Source of the DNA: Dimorphilus gyrociliatus
Taxonomy: Eukaryota > Animalia > Annelida
Assembly (NCBI GenBank): GCA_904063045.1
Contig: CAJFCJ010000029.1
Coordinates: 310,001-374,000 of the forward strand
Length of the DNA stretch: 64,000 nucleotides
Direction: 5' to 3'
Shown: positions 49,201 through 62,303 of the stretch, piece after piece
How positions within the stretch are numbered: position 1 is the first letter of the stretch
Layout of the letters: the number at the start of each line of letters is the position of its first letter
Translations under genes and position numbers: made by a program
The notes under the pieces: model-generated
The model's input: the letters and a program-made list of their open reading frames with translations, nothing else
What the model was told of the DNA's origin: nothing
Databases searched by the model: none

Positions 49201-51581
49201 AGATAAAGTGCAATTGTCGGTAGGAAAAAAGGGTAGCCTATAAAAAATAAGGAAAAGTAAAACGAGAAGAAAAGGCGATCAGGCACGCTCGATAAGATAA
49301 AGGCGTCGAAATCGGCGTTCGATTAAAACAATGTTCATATCGACTCAGACAAATGCGGGTAAAGTTTATTAATGTTTGCCAACCGTGATCGTAATCAATG
49401 GCCGAGAAAAAAAAAGAATTCCTTTTTTTCCCCTGTTTTTAAACTTGTACCTTCTATCTAGTCGTCATTTTTCACCAATTGAAATGTAACAGAAGAAGAA
49501 AAGGTGAATAGGTTGCCCAATCAGCCATGTTGGACGTTTTTACACTCTGACGAATTTGTCACTTCATACCAATAGATTCTCCTCTTCCTTTTTTTCAACC
49601 GGATTTGCCGTCAGAATGCTTATGAATTATAGATCTATCTACAGAAATAATTGCCCAGGCGAATGCCGTGACATTCCCTCCGAGTCACGTGACAGCCTGG
49701 TGTGAGGATGGCCGTAGTTTGAATGGGTATTCAATACATAAAAATCGCGTATATACCCCCGTTCGCCACCTGTTTTATTCTGCGGGCGTCGTACGGTAGC
49801 CAGAACGGGCGTTTAATGGTTACGAATTGAAAAACGATGACGCCTAATACAGTAATTACGGGTCATTTCAAAAAAAATCGCGGGGGTCGAGATGTTCGAT
49901 TTGCATAAGGAAGTGTATGCGCATATTTTAAATACTTCTTTTTTACAACTCAATCAGGGTCTAAGTGAGGATAACGTGAAATAAGCCGATTCAAAAAGTA
50001 TCCACCTATTGAATAAAGCTGTAGTCTGCTAATCATTGGTAAACTCTACCTGAGGGCTGTGCAAATGAAATTAAATGCTTGCACGTGCCCTGGCACGATA
50101 CTTAATACGGAACATATTTTTTCTTTGTATATTTCGGCCATTTGTGATAAATTTGTAGGCCTATTGCCGTAAGGGATAGGCGCCCCGGCGACACGAACGT
50201 TTTCGCCACAGCCGCTTGATTTTCAATACGGGAGATTTCAATGACGGGCAAAGTAGCGTTAGACATTTGGAAATTCGGTGGTGATTGATGTTTTCGGGTC
50301 CAACAGATTTTCTTTTCGATTTCTTCTTTTTCGTTCTACACACCAGTTATCGTAATTAAGTGACAAGTGGCGGATGTTTAGAGAAAGTCGGAAGAATATC
50401 GAATGTTCTTCAAGACCGACGACGATTGCTTATTACATCACGTTATTGACGCCTTTGGCCCAGTTTAGAATGTAATAAGTAGACGGGAGAAAAAAAAGGG
50501 CCCTTCTTCGTATTTCTACCTATATATATATACAATCGTCTTATATTTCATTAATAAGTAGTCATATCACACCTATCGATCGACCAGGACGACTCTATAT
50601 AATCACAGAGTTTGTTCAACGTCGATCCTTATCTGACTTTCTAGTTCATCGGACGATATAAAAACGGCAGTTTTGTTAAAAGCCTCAGGCAAAAATCGCT
50701 GTAGAATTTTTACGAAGAACGTAATGGGGCGAGGATAATAACTATAATAACGCGTGAATATTTTATACTGCTTTCTGGATCGAGCCTTTATTAGCAGTTT
50801 GTGAAAACAAGGCTTTCTTTGAACAATCACGTTCGATCCGCATGTAAAGCAGGTTTAGCACACAAATAGAGCTACATCAAAAGTTCATGGTACTGCCATG
50901 ATAGAGAATAAAGCTAGGTGTAAAATAAACGAAAAAAAAGCGTGCTCAGTTAGGTTCGCCTGCCATATTGTATTGCCTAAATCGGATTATGTTATAAAAA
51001 TTCGACAAAACAAATAGTGTAGGAACGTGCCAGCAATCTATACCCGTAAAAAGGATTACATAATTGTGATAAGCGTTTCGTCAATTAAGATCCAGACTAA
51101 TCGTTTCTATTTTACGACACTTTTCTATTCATTAGATGTTTTGGCCCTATGACACCTAATAATAAAGAGAGCCTTTCTTTAACAAAAAAGGAGCGAAAGG
51201 GGAAAAAATATATACAAACAACGGTGTAAGGAATTCGCACGCCCTCTTGGTGCTGATTGGTTAGCCGAATAGAGCGCCGTCTTCCGAAAAACGCAATCAT
51301 TTCTCCAGGCAGTAGCCGACCGGTAAGCGTATCAAATTAATAGTTCGGGAGCTCTGGAGAGTTACAATTTCATTTTTCCATTTCATTTTCTCCGTTTTAT
51401 TACTAAATAATAAAGGAGAAATTGAGTAAAATCATCGTCCCAGCTGGTATTCTACACTCGATTAGATGTGACAGGTACAGCTTATTAAATAGTTCATTTT
51501 GACACCTCATTAACGTTTTTGACTAATTCAAAACTTTAACTATAACTCGAAATTCTTTCCAGGTGTCATACGGAGTTAGTC

Positions 51582-54500
51582 ATGCTGCCTATCTTAGCTA
51601 TTATACTCTCTATCTTCCTGCAAAACTTAGTTATAGCTAATCAAGGCTGGATTAAATTGCCCAAATATAAAGTTAAGGAAAATCAAAAAGCCGTCGTTAT
51701 TGCAAATTTAGCTAAGGATATGAATATAACGTTACTTGAAAATGCCAAAGTGACAATGCATGTGGAAAAAGAGGAAATATTTAAAGAAGTTCTATACTTA
51801 GAACCATCTACAGGCGTCTTGTCTACTAAGCATTCTATTGACAGAGAAGAATATTGTCCTTCACAAAATGACTGTTTTATAGAGGCGTTTGTGACGATTA
51901 CCTCAGGAGGGGAATATAGAACTTATGTCGAAGTGGAAATTATCGACGAAGATGATAACCCACCACGATTTAAGGAGAAAAAAAAGAATATTGTGCTTTC
52001 GGAGAGTGAGTCAAAGGGCTTCAAATTCAATCTTCCATTAGCAGTGGATAAGGACAGCGATAAGTACGGTATAGCTTATTACTCGATCTCCAACAAAACC
52101 TTCGTCCCATTTAAACTACTCGAATCGAACGATGATATTCTACAAGCCTCATTGACGTCCGAATTGGACAGAGAACGGGTTGATCATTACGATTTTGTAT
52201 TGATTGCTCACGGAAAATCACCAGGCCGTTATGAGGGACGGATGAATGTCCACGTATCGATTGACGACGTCAACGAGCATGCACCAAGATTCGTAAGAAC
52301 TTACCAAGTAGAGAAGGAAGAGGATTTAGTAGTTGGAAGTGAGATTGTTAAAGTATCTGCTACGGATAAAGATGTTGGAGATAACGGCCGAGTATCGTAT
52401 TTGTTAAGGGATAAAAGTTTGAAAAATTTCTTTGCAATCGACAAAGATAGCGGATTATTAACGACCGTAGCAGAATTAGATTATGAACGGAAACATTCTT
52501 TTGATATAACTGTGTTAGCCGTCGATAACGGCGAGAAAAGAAAAACGTCCGAAACCACAGTTAAATTAAGAATAATCGACGTCAATGACGAAGCGCCGAT
52601 GATTAATTACGTATCGGGCGGCAGTGATAAACTATTCGTTAAAGAAGAGATGAAAGATGTTCAAACTATTTCTCTGTTTAGGGTCCAAGACTCAGACTCC
52701 GGCGACGGAGGAGAGTTTACTTGTACCGTTGAAGAGGAAGATTTTGACCTAACACAATCTTATAAGAGCGACATGTTCGTCATTTATTCTCTTGAAACTA
52801 ATCGACCATTCGACAGGGAGGGCGAACAACAGGTCGTTAGTGCAACTATAAAGTGCAAGGATAAAGGTCAACCGCAGTTAACTGGCGAAAAGAAGGTGGA
52901 CATTCACATTTTGGATATAAATGATCATGGACCCAAGTTTAAATTTGATAGTTTCGAGTTTTTCGTTGAGGAAAATCAGGATATCGGTACTTTTGTTGGT
53001 AAAATAGAAGCTACAGATGGAGATGATGGAGAAAACGCAGTCATCGTTTATAGTTTAGTGACTGACTTGCAGAGTGACGCTGTTAGAATTGACGAGACGT
53101 CCGGAACGATTAGCACAGCAAAGAAATTCGATCGGGAACAGATCGATAAGTATAATTTCGTCGTTGAAGCACGCGATAAAGGCAAGCCTGCGCAAACTGC
53201 GGAGGCGAAAGTTCGTATTATTGTTAAGGATATAGACGATAATCCGCCTGTGTTCACAAAACAATTGTATGAATTTACTTTGAAAGAAGAACAAAACAGC
53301 GGTGATGTCGGTCAGGTAATAGCAATGGATATTGATTCATATACCAACAATCAATTCGAGTATCGTTTGGATGAAAGAACAGCGAATTTAGAAATTTTCA
53401 CTATCGCTAAATATGACGGTTATATCTACTCTCAACAGCCTTTGGATAGGGAGAAAGGTCAGATTCGAGAAATTCAAGTTTTCGCTGTGAGTAAAGACAC
53501 ACCGAATGTAAGGACCGCTTCAACAACTGTTCGAGTAATTCTAGACGATATCAACGATTGCGATCCGCAATTCATATACCCCACTGAGATGAACAATTCA
53601 ATCTCGATATCGAATTATTATCCTGTGGCTAATGTAATTGCGGTCGTTTCGGCTTATGACCTTGATGCTACCGATGATAATTCCAGGTTACAATACTCGA
53701 TAACTAGCAAAACTTCCTATTTCAAAATCGATATGGATACAGGGAGTGTGACAGTTGCTAAATCTTTAAGATCGTTCTCCTTGCGAGTTTTCCATTTAGA
53801 AATTACTGTTCAGGATTATGGCATACCAACGCTTTTCAACCGAACAATTCTTCGCGTAACCGTTAACGCTTCGACGCCCCTTCCGGTTCATTTGAGAGCG
53901 AACGCCGACATTATGGATTCCAGGAATCTTATTATAATTGTCATCGTCGCCAGCTTATCAACAGTTTTAAGCATTCTTCTAGCAGCAGCCATTGTTATTA
54001 CAGTAAGGCGGAAGAGGGAGGAGAGAAATCCTATAATACACAAACATCAATACCCAATCCTCTTTTCGACGTCTAAAAGTCCTAACCACGATGATTCAGA
54101 TTCAAATAAATCAACTAGCTCAATAACGATTCTAAAGAACGGGATCATCAATCAAAACCGCAACGAATCTCTGTATAGTAATGGATTTGCTACTGGATCT
54201 TCTATAGGTTTGCAGGTGAGTGAAAATCTCATTTTATTTCATTAAATAAGCGTTCTATAGGTTGAACGTAATTAGCTAGATAAATGACTAAAAAAGCTTT
54301 ATTTGCCGTCCTCTTGCGCCGTCCCTTTCCTTTCGAAACTTTGTGCTCTATTGTCAATACTGTTTACCAAAGTTGTTCGATACTTATTGAAAGAGAACAC
54401 CGAAGGGGGTGGAAGCTGGGTGGGTAAAAAATGAAAATTGCCGCAATTGACAGTCAAATCATGAAATAATAAGAAGTATAAAACAATGAAATCTGTTGAA

Positions 54501-57045
54501 CCGTTCTATTCTAACATTCTGAATGGGTGATCAATAATTAAGTAAGGTGGGCTTTTGAAGTGGATGGAAGAGGGCTACAATGCGTATTACACGGTATTAT
54601 ATTTTTTGAAGAAAACAAAGAACGCTCGAATACGTCTATCCATCACGCATCAGCGGAGAATGAAAATTACTAAAATCGACGGATACCGCTAATTATAACG
54701 ACAATAACTGCCGCGTGCGGCGTCTGTAAAACGGCGTCTATTGGAGTATAAAGTCTGCTATACAGTTGTATAAGCAAATACGTGCCACTTCACCAATTGT
54801 GACACGTTTCTTTTGCTCTATTGTTTACAATTTCGCCTTTAGTTCATACAATCCTTTTCGCACATTAATTAAGGTGTTTTTGTTGTAAGTTTATTATTTA
54901 AAAGCGCTAATGAAAATATAATTTATATTGAGAGATAACGCTATATTTGACACTAAGAAAAACAAGTCGAACTTCCTTAGTTCTATTCTCTCATTGCAAG
55001 TTTAGTACACAAACTAATATACACATACAAACAACTGCCTACTCCCCCGTTGCAAATTTTACATTGTTTCTGTTGTTTACTTATCGATAAGAAGTTAACT
55101 CGATTACAGAATTCTCTCCTAGTTCAGTCCTTTTATGTTCGAGATAAAAGTTCTATTCGACCTCCTAAGCAACGCATTCAAACGGTTTAAGTAAATAATG
55201 TTGTACCTTGTATATATACATATATTAAAATGCATATTTATGTACCATATGTACCTTATAATCAAAAATTCGGATAAAATGTGCATAAGAGTCTTTTATA
55301 CGGGTGCCGGGAGCTAATTCAAAATTTATAGCCTAATTGTAAGGAGCATTTTTCTTATGTAGTAATTTAGTCTGTTATATCTGGAAAGAATGCACTTATT
55401 CAATAATACCAGCTGTAAAATGCCAAAAGAAAAAAACTGCAAGGTGAGCCATATGTTATGGCTTTATATTAAAAACAAGTAAAAGCTGCAGAAATCCTAA
55501 CTATAGATAAAAAAAAAACTAGTGAAAGCCTTTGTTGCATAACCCAAGAGTATATTATACATAATTTTTCAACTTAGATATCTTAGTATCTTATCGTTAG
55601 AAATATTATATTCTACGCTTTATAACGTACGACAAACGGATAAACAAACATGATAGCAAGACAAACAACTAGGTTGTATGTATACGTGCGTTTTGATACG
55701 GTCGCGTACAGTCAATTTTGTGGCAAGTGGTGGTCCGTAAAAAAAAGAGAGAAGGATGTATCTTTTTTATTGATTCTTAATGCCCTTGTTTTTATTCAAT
55801 TTTCTTTCAAAGTCCTTATAAAGAATCAGGCAGTAAGGGATTTCTCTTTTTTTAATCGTTAAGTCGAGTAAACAAGTCTGCTTTTGTTATAGGTCTCACA
55901 ACGCTAAATAGCCGAACGTTTAAAGTGTCGTAATTTGAAATACAGATTATCCCTAGTATAAACAACAACGACATCATAGTTACTTATCGAAAAGTATTCA
56001 ATATCATTCTGTCCCTTTGCAGCTTATATTTTCTTTTAATGCAAACATTATATATTGAATGTCATGCAAAGATGGATAGAGAGATGAAAAAAAGAATAAA
56101 TTAAAAGAGAGCGGTTGCCTTGGTTGGATTCCTTTGATGAGAAGGATTTTGAAGCTCATTTTGGCGGGTAACTCGTGCTAAAAATATTTGAGCGTCATTC
56201 ATGCCCAAGGGAATGCACGATTAGGTTGGAAGTAGGCGTGGTTATAAAAGCTCATTTAGCTATCCTCTGGGCGATTTCAACGCAGTTTTAAAACGGCCAT
56301 CGTTGCGTAATTCTAGTAGTACAAATTGTGCCCTTCGGGTGGACAGAAAAGGAATGTTTGGAGGAAAGATTAGAAAACTCCCGGGTGCAATGCACCATAC
56401 GGATTGTATATACAAGCATAAAGAAAATGCTATAAGCCTTAGTCTAAACTCTTTAACGAGACCTTCCAATCTTTTCCGGTGTAAAAACGTATTGATATCG
56501 ATTAATAAGAATATAATATTTGCGCCCCTCGTTTATACTAAATTTCTTTCTGTTAGTGCAACAAATGTGTACAAACATAATAAGTACTGTTTGCTTTTTA
56601 CAGCGTGTCAGTGATCACCCAGGAGCGATTGCAGTATCGAATTCGGTAAAATACACATACGTCGCATAGACGGCGTTTCTTGGTGACCTTTATTTGCTAA
56701 CGCAGTTCTCTTTTTCAACTATAGATGATTAAACAAAGAGACGATTCGGATTCGGATGCAACATCAAAACTGACAGACGACAGCGGTAGGGGTTCCAACG
56801 AAGAGACAGTGACGAAGTCTCGCTGTGAGAAGATGGAATATCAGACCAAGCCGATCCGCGTGGAATTTGATACGTTGGAGCGGAACGACTCTAATTCCAA
56901 CAACAACTATCAATTAGCGTCTGGGCGGTCTAAAGGCGTCAAAGGAAGGCTAAAATACGGTTATAAATCTCCTAGACCCCCATTTCAACAAACTTCCTCC
57001 TTATCTCCAATCGACAATTTGAACTCAAGATGGAGTCATGTCTAA
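51582..57045 (+). CDS. Delta-type protocadherin with 7 EC repeats
   Basis: Large exon 51582-54215 (signal peptide, 7 ECs, TM, start of tail; donor CAG|gtgagt), probable 42-nt exon 56604-56645, last exon 56725-57045 with a CM1-like DDSGRGSNEE motif. A 5'UTR acceptor (ttccag) lies just upstream at 51562. Additional small tail exons cannot be excluded. Confidence 0.9.
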
Positions 57046-58909
57046 TGGAAACTTAAACAAATCTTCAATTGGCAATAATAAAGATAAAATCCGCTAACCT
57101 ATGTTGTCCAATTACCTAAGAATGTTAAACCGGTTGATCGTTTTTACGATATCTGACGATAGTCTAGTCTTGACAGTAACTATTCGAAAACAGTGTGTTT
57201 TTTTTTAATTACTTTTACTTTTACATTTTTTATATATTTTTTAAAGATCTTTTTTTAATATATAAACCCTCAAAATGCTGTAATTGAAAAAGAAATACTT
57301 TTTTACGGGTTTTTTAAAAAGCAGCAGGTGTTGTTCGGAGTACTCTATTCAATGTTAGTATATTGATCACATGACCAAAATTAGTCGATCACATGATACT
57401 CATAAAGTCCCTAATGAATCGTTTATATTCTGCAAAGAGCTGGAAAATCTCTCAATATATTTTTCTTCTTTTTTTTTATATAAATGAGTCAAGAGATGCT
57501 CTTGACTGAGAAAAAAGCTTATAACCAGATGAGGAAGAAAGAGAATATCTCTTGTGTATTTAGAGATATATATTCTGTATAAATAGAGTCTCAATAATAA
57601 ATAAATATATAAAAAGACCTCTTGTCCCATGTTGGGTATAGTTTGTTGGTGAAAGTTCAAACTTCATTTTTCATAGGCGATCAAAAGGGGCGCGAAAAGC
57701 ATCCGGTTTGACAAGTTCGAATAAATTTTTCCAAATTAGAAAATCTGGACAACAGACGATGTGAACTGAAGTAGAAATCACGAAAATTTATTCCTGCCCT
57801 TCGCCTGCCCTCTCCAACCGTCAACCTACCCTTTCATCGGTTCCTTTAAAATCATTTCTAGCCCTTTTTAACAAGTTTTAAACAAGCTGTGTAAATTGCA
57901 CTCTGGACAATGACAGCGTCCGGACTAGGTATTGGTCGTAAAAATTTGGAAGAAAAAAACCTCGCGCTAAAAACTTAAGAGTCACGCTCAGTCAGTCACG
58001 GCCCTCTACTACTTTTTTTTAGATCTGCGCTACTTTTATGTCATGCTCTACGTGATGCGGTATCGAATTAAATGCGTCAATGTCACGGGTGATGGTTCTC
58101 TTCACACTTACTTTTCTACTTGCGCTATCCCTCTTTCTTGTCTATGTCTCTACTATTCTTCAATTTGTTTACGAATCGGCGATCACTTGGAAAGGATTTA
58201 GAGAATGCGTATTCCATGCTAGATGGTGGATGTTAAATCTTTATTACCGATTTATTAACTCAAACAAAAACTCGACACGCAATTGTCGCGTTGGGAAAAA
58301 TTAAGTCGTCTTGGCGTAACGGATTTCTTTAAATTATATACGACGAAGAAAAAGCGAGATCGGCTTAAGTCGTTTTTTTTCATAAAGAGTCGACTGTTTA
58401 TCGAGTAGCAATAAAAAGCGTATTAAGAAGGATGTGGACGTGAGGAAAAAGTCTAGCCCCGGAACTTCAAAGGGCGTGCGCTGGCTGAAGAGACGTGATT
58501 GAAACTTAGGAGTAGGACATTATACAATTTAAACCGATGAGCTGATCCTAACAGCTTACGCCTAGGGTTATTAAGTTATCTAATTCGAACTACAGGCGAC
58601 GCTAGCTGTAAGGATGCTAACGGCAACTCCATCTACAGTTTAAAACTGCACAATAGCTATCGTATTATTTTTTAAGTAGTAGCAAAGTCGTGATAAGTAT
58701 TAAAACATGTCGGTTGATACTATAAATATAAATAGGCTATTTTTACAAACATATATACACTATATATATAGCGTATATTACGTATGAAATACTAATATAT
58801 ATGTTTATCAATTTTAATATTTACAGTATATGTATATAACTACGTATATGTAGTTATATATATATATACCGTACATATATATTTGTATATATACAGCATA
58901 AATTTATAC

Positions 58910-58914
<5 letters not shown>

Positions 58915-58958
<44 letters not shown>
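58915..58958. repeat. (TA)n microsatellite
   Basis: Visible TA run; explains ORF 58840-59049. Confidence 0.9.
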
Positions 58959-58962
<4 letters not shown>

Positions 58963-60255
58963 ACAATTCTCAAAGCCACGGTTCAGAAAAATAAACTCTT
59001 TAGATAATAAGAATGAATTCAAATTTCCCTTATCACAATATTCCTTCATTTCCCTTTTACTCCTTAAAGGAAATTTACTTATTAATTTAACTCGTTAGCT
59101 TGCATTTGAACATGCAGGGCAGTGTGGTATGCTTTAACTACCGACAAAAACAATCACTGTAAGACGAGTACACCGCCTTAAAAATTTGGGACATTAGATC
59201 AGTTCAAAAATTGGAACATTAACTCAATATAATTCTTTATCAATTAGCTGTTCAATTCATAATAGTTAGGACGAGAGTAAAGGAAACTTGTCTCTACTTT
59301 AGTAGGTTTCGTACGATACACTTTAAATGTAGTTTTTTACATTGTAACCTTCTTCTGTGAGAAAGAAATTTCTATATTTAAGTGACCTTGAATTTTCAGC
59401 TCAGGTTTTACTTGAAAGTTTCGTACGCAATTCTCATTTCTTTATCTTTTATAGTTATATCCAACCTACTTGACTTCAATGATAATATGTTTTTTTTTAA
59501 TATTCGACTCGCTAATCATAGTCTAATCAATTTCACAGTTTAAATTTGGTGGGAAGTAAACCAGTAGTTAGTTGTTTAGGGATATTATTAATAGAGAGTA
59601 TGAGGCCTTTTCTAAAGTAAAATAGGAATTAATGGTAATATATACATTAAAAGTACATATGTATAAAGACGTAATAAAAAAGAATATTGTCTATATATAA
59701 ACTACATAACAGTGAAATATATCAAAATAGAATACTCTAGATTAAACAGTATCCTTACAGTGTAAGGATAATATTTAATTTCACTTTGTAATAATCTGAT
59801 TTACTTCTATTGACCATCTGTTTCTTCCTTTTATCAAATGAAAAAAACACCTACCTAATAGTTAATTGGAGGGCATTGATAGTCTTTTAAAATGAACAAA
59901 ATATTCGTGATTAACGAAAATAGTCAAGTGCCATAGATGGCGTAGCACTCATTTTACATATCTCCCTGAAATAACCATAATGTTGTATATATTTGAAAAC
60001 AAACAACAAAAATTGAAGTAAAATGTAACTTTTCAGATTTTTTACTATTTTTTCTTGGCTTTTCTTTAGACTAGTCCAACTTTTTCTTAAAAGAAAACAA
60101 AAAAAGTTTCCTTGAACAATTCTCTCTTCCAAATGGTTCATAATAATACAAGTAAAAGGAAAGATATTAGGGCTTTTTTAACAGTTCTTCTGCAAATTGG
60201 AAAAAATTTGTTCTATAAAAATTTTTTCATATAACTAGGAGAAACGTATTGAGGG

Positions 60256-62123
60256 CTAAGAATCCTGGCAGTTGATTTCCACAATATTCTTAGGTACAGT
60301 GGCAAACTGATAAACGAGTCTTTGTCCATCTACTTTATTCAAAATTCCTCTGGCGTAATAATACCGTAAAGCCCTACCCATCGTTTCATAATTCATATCC
60401 GGTTTGTTCTTATGCAGACCCCATAATCGCGAAACAGCTTTTGAGTCGACTAATTTGAAAATGCCTTTCGATCGATCTGTCCACTTGATATAACGGGGGC
60501 AATATTCAGGCGACTGTAACAATTGCAGTAGGAACTCCCACAGGTACGTTGTCGACGAATCTCGCTTGCGTTTTGGCGTTATCGGCGACCCATTTTCGTT
60601 CTTCCTCTTTGTGGGTGAAGTAGGTGTTTCCGGTATAAAATTATAATCAAAGTGACCTAAATGCGGCGATGAAGCAGGTATAAGGGGAGGAGGTGGCATT
60701 TGGAGCATGGCGTAATTTTCTGTAAAATTCAGATGGCGTTAGAATCGTTTCGAAGAGAAAAATTTTATAAACTGTATACGCCTATTAAAGCAGGTGGAGT
60801 TTGTTTTCAATCTTTCAATTGTGCGCTACAAACTAGCCTAGACTGGGAAAATTGGAAACAACGGCACCTGTGACCTAAATATTTTGCGAATAATACTGCC
60901 GATTTTGCCATGTGAAGTTTTCAACAGTTTTTACAGCGACATTACAACAAGGATTGTTTATCGGCCAAGTTTGTAATAGCCAATAACGACATGCATTCCC
61001 CCATTTCAGTACATTTAGATTTTAGTTCCTTGTTCAGTTCAGAAAAAGTTTCCTTTTTAGTGAAAGTAGAAAGCTCATACTGTTTTCAATGAAATGTGCG
61101 TTTAAAAGGAGGGGAAAAGGCCTAAGTGTATAAAATAAACGTAAAACGGCCGTTGAAAGGAATGAGGAAGCGGTCAGAATTCGAAAGTATTTGGCACAGT
61201 GCCATATTTCGCTTAGGTGTAGTGTAATTAACATTCTTTTACCTAAATACTGCGCAGGTGCAGCGGCGTAGTGCGACTGCAATGTTTGCTGTATACTGAG
61301 GTCGGCAAGCGAAACTGGTAAACCTGAATAAAAGAAAGAAATATGTAGGTTAAATTGAGGAATTCAAAAAAGTGAAACGCGCAGCTTCTTTAGGCCTACG
61401 CCCCATTGACGCCGACGCTACGGCCGTAGGCCACCGACGCTTTTTTGAATAAAGCGGAAGCCGGAAGTAGTTAACGGTTTCCGCTCACCTTTCGAAGGCT
61501 TATCGTCCAGGCATTTTGCATCCGATATCGATAGGTCGCTATCGGCCGAGTGCGAAGCTGTTTTGAATAAATTAGTATGATTATTCGACGTGTTTACCGG
61601 TCGATTCGATGAAGGTAATGATAAGATAAAATGAGGCTATTTTAGCGGATAATCGAATTTACCGTGATTGTCTACTTTGCGTAGCAGCTTCTTTCGACTT
61701 TCGCCCTTTTCGTCCACTGTTAGAAAGAAAGGAGGCTAATTAATATTCATGAGGTTTCACTTTCTCCCGACTAGGTTAGCCGCTGTGAAAACACGGCAAG
61801 CAGGAAGTGATCGTCGTCTTTCTGATTGACGTCACTTTGACGCAAATAGACGCCGTCAGGCCTATTTACGTACCGTAAAAGCGTTTTAATAAGCTTTTCT
61901 TGAAAGCAATCCTTGACGCTGGACTACAGGGCGTCGAAGGCGTGAGAGGCGTAGCAGGCGTTTGGGGAGGCGTTACGTCCGGTGGTGGGGAGCGTCTATC
62001 CGTTAGAGATAAATTGAGAGGTTCGTTGATAGGCGAGTTCGGAAACGTCACTGGTTTGCAGCCACGACGAACTGATATATCCAATGCGTTCTGTTGTTGG
62101 ACCATCATTCTATTTTTATCCAT
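60256..62123 (-). CDS. ETS-domain transcription factor, ELF/E74 subfamily
   Basis: Exons 62123-61874, 61323-61243, 60719-60256 (phase 1 junctions). ETS domain [73 protein letters not shown] is typical of ELF/E74. In-frame TGA lies directly before the ATG; longer upstream isoforms are possible. Confidence 0.92.
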
Positions 62124-62205
62124 TCATCTATATGTAGTCCCTCTACGGAGAAATGCCAGTGCCTAGTGGTCAACTTCCCGCGATGTTGTGTCACGTGATA
62201 CGATG

Positions 62206-62303
62206 TAGGTGGCGAATTTAATGTAGGCCTAAGATGACCATAGGCGCGACAGATGGCGTTCTTGCCAGAGACGTCCCATGAAAAACGCTCCAATAGATGG
62301 CGA
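62206..62303 (+). promoter_or_regulatory. Cluster of CTCF-like motifs upstream of the ETS gene
   Basis: TAGGTGGCGA 62206, CAGATGGCGT 62250, TAGATGGCGA 62294. Confidence 0.5.

Noticed and set aside
45259-57045. Vertebrate-style clustered protocadherin (variable exon spliced to shared constant exons)
   Set aside because: The short ORF has no TM, and its possible donor is phase 1 whereas the tail exons are phase 0.
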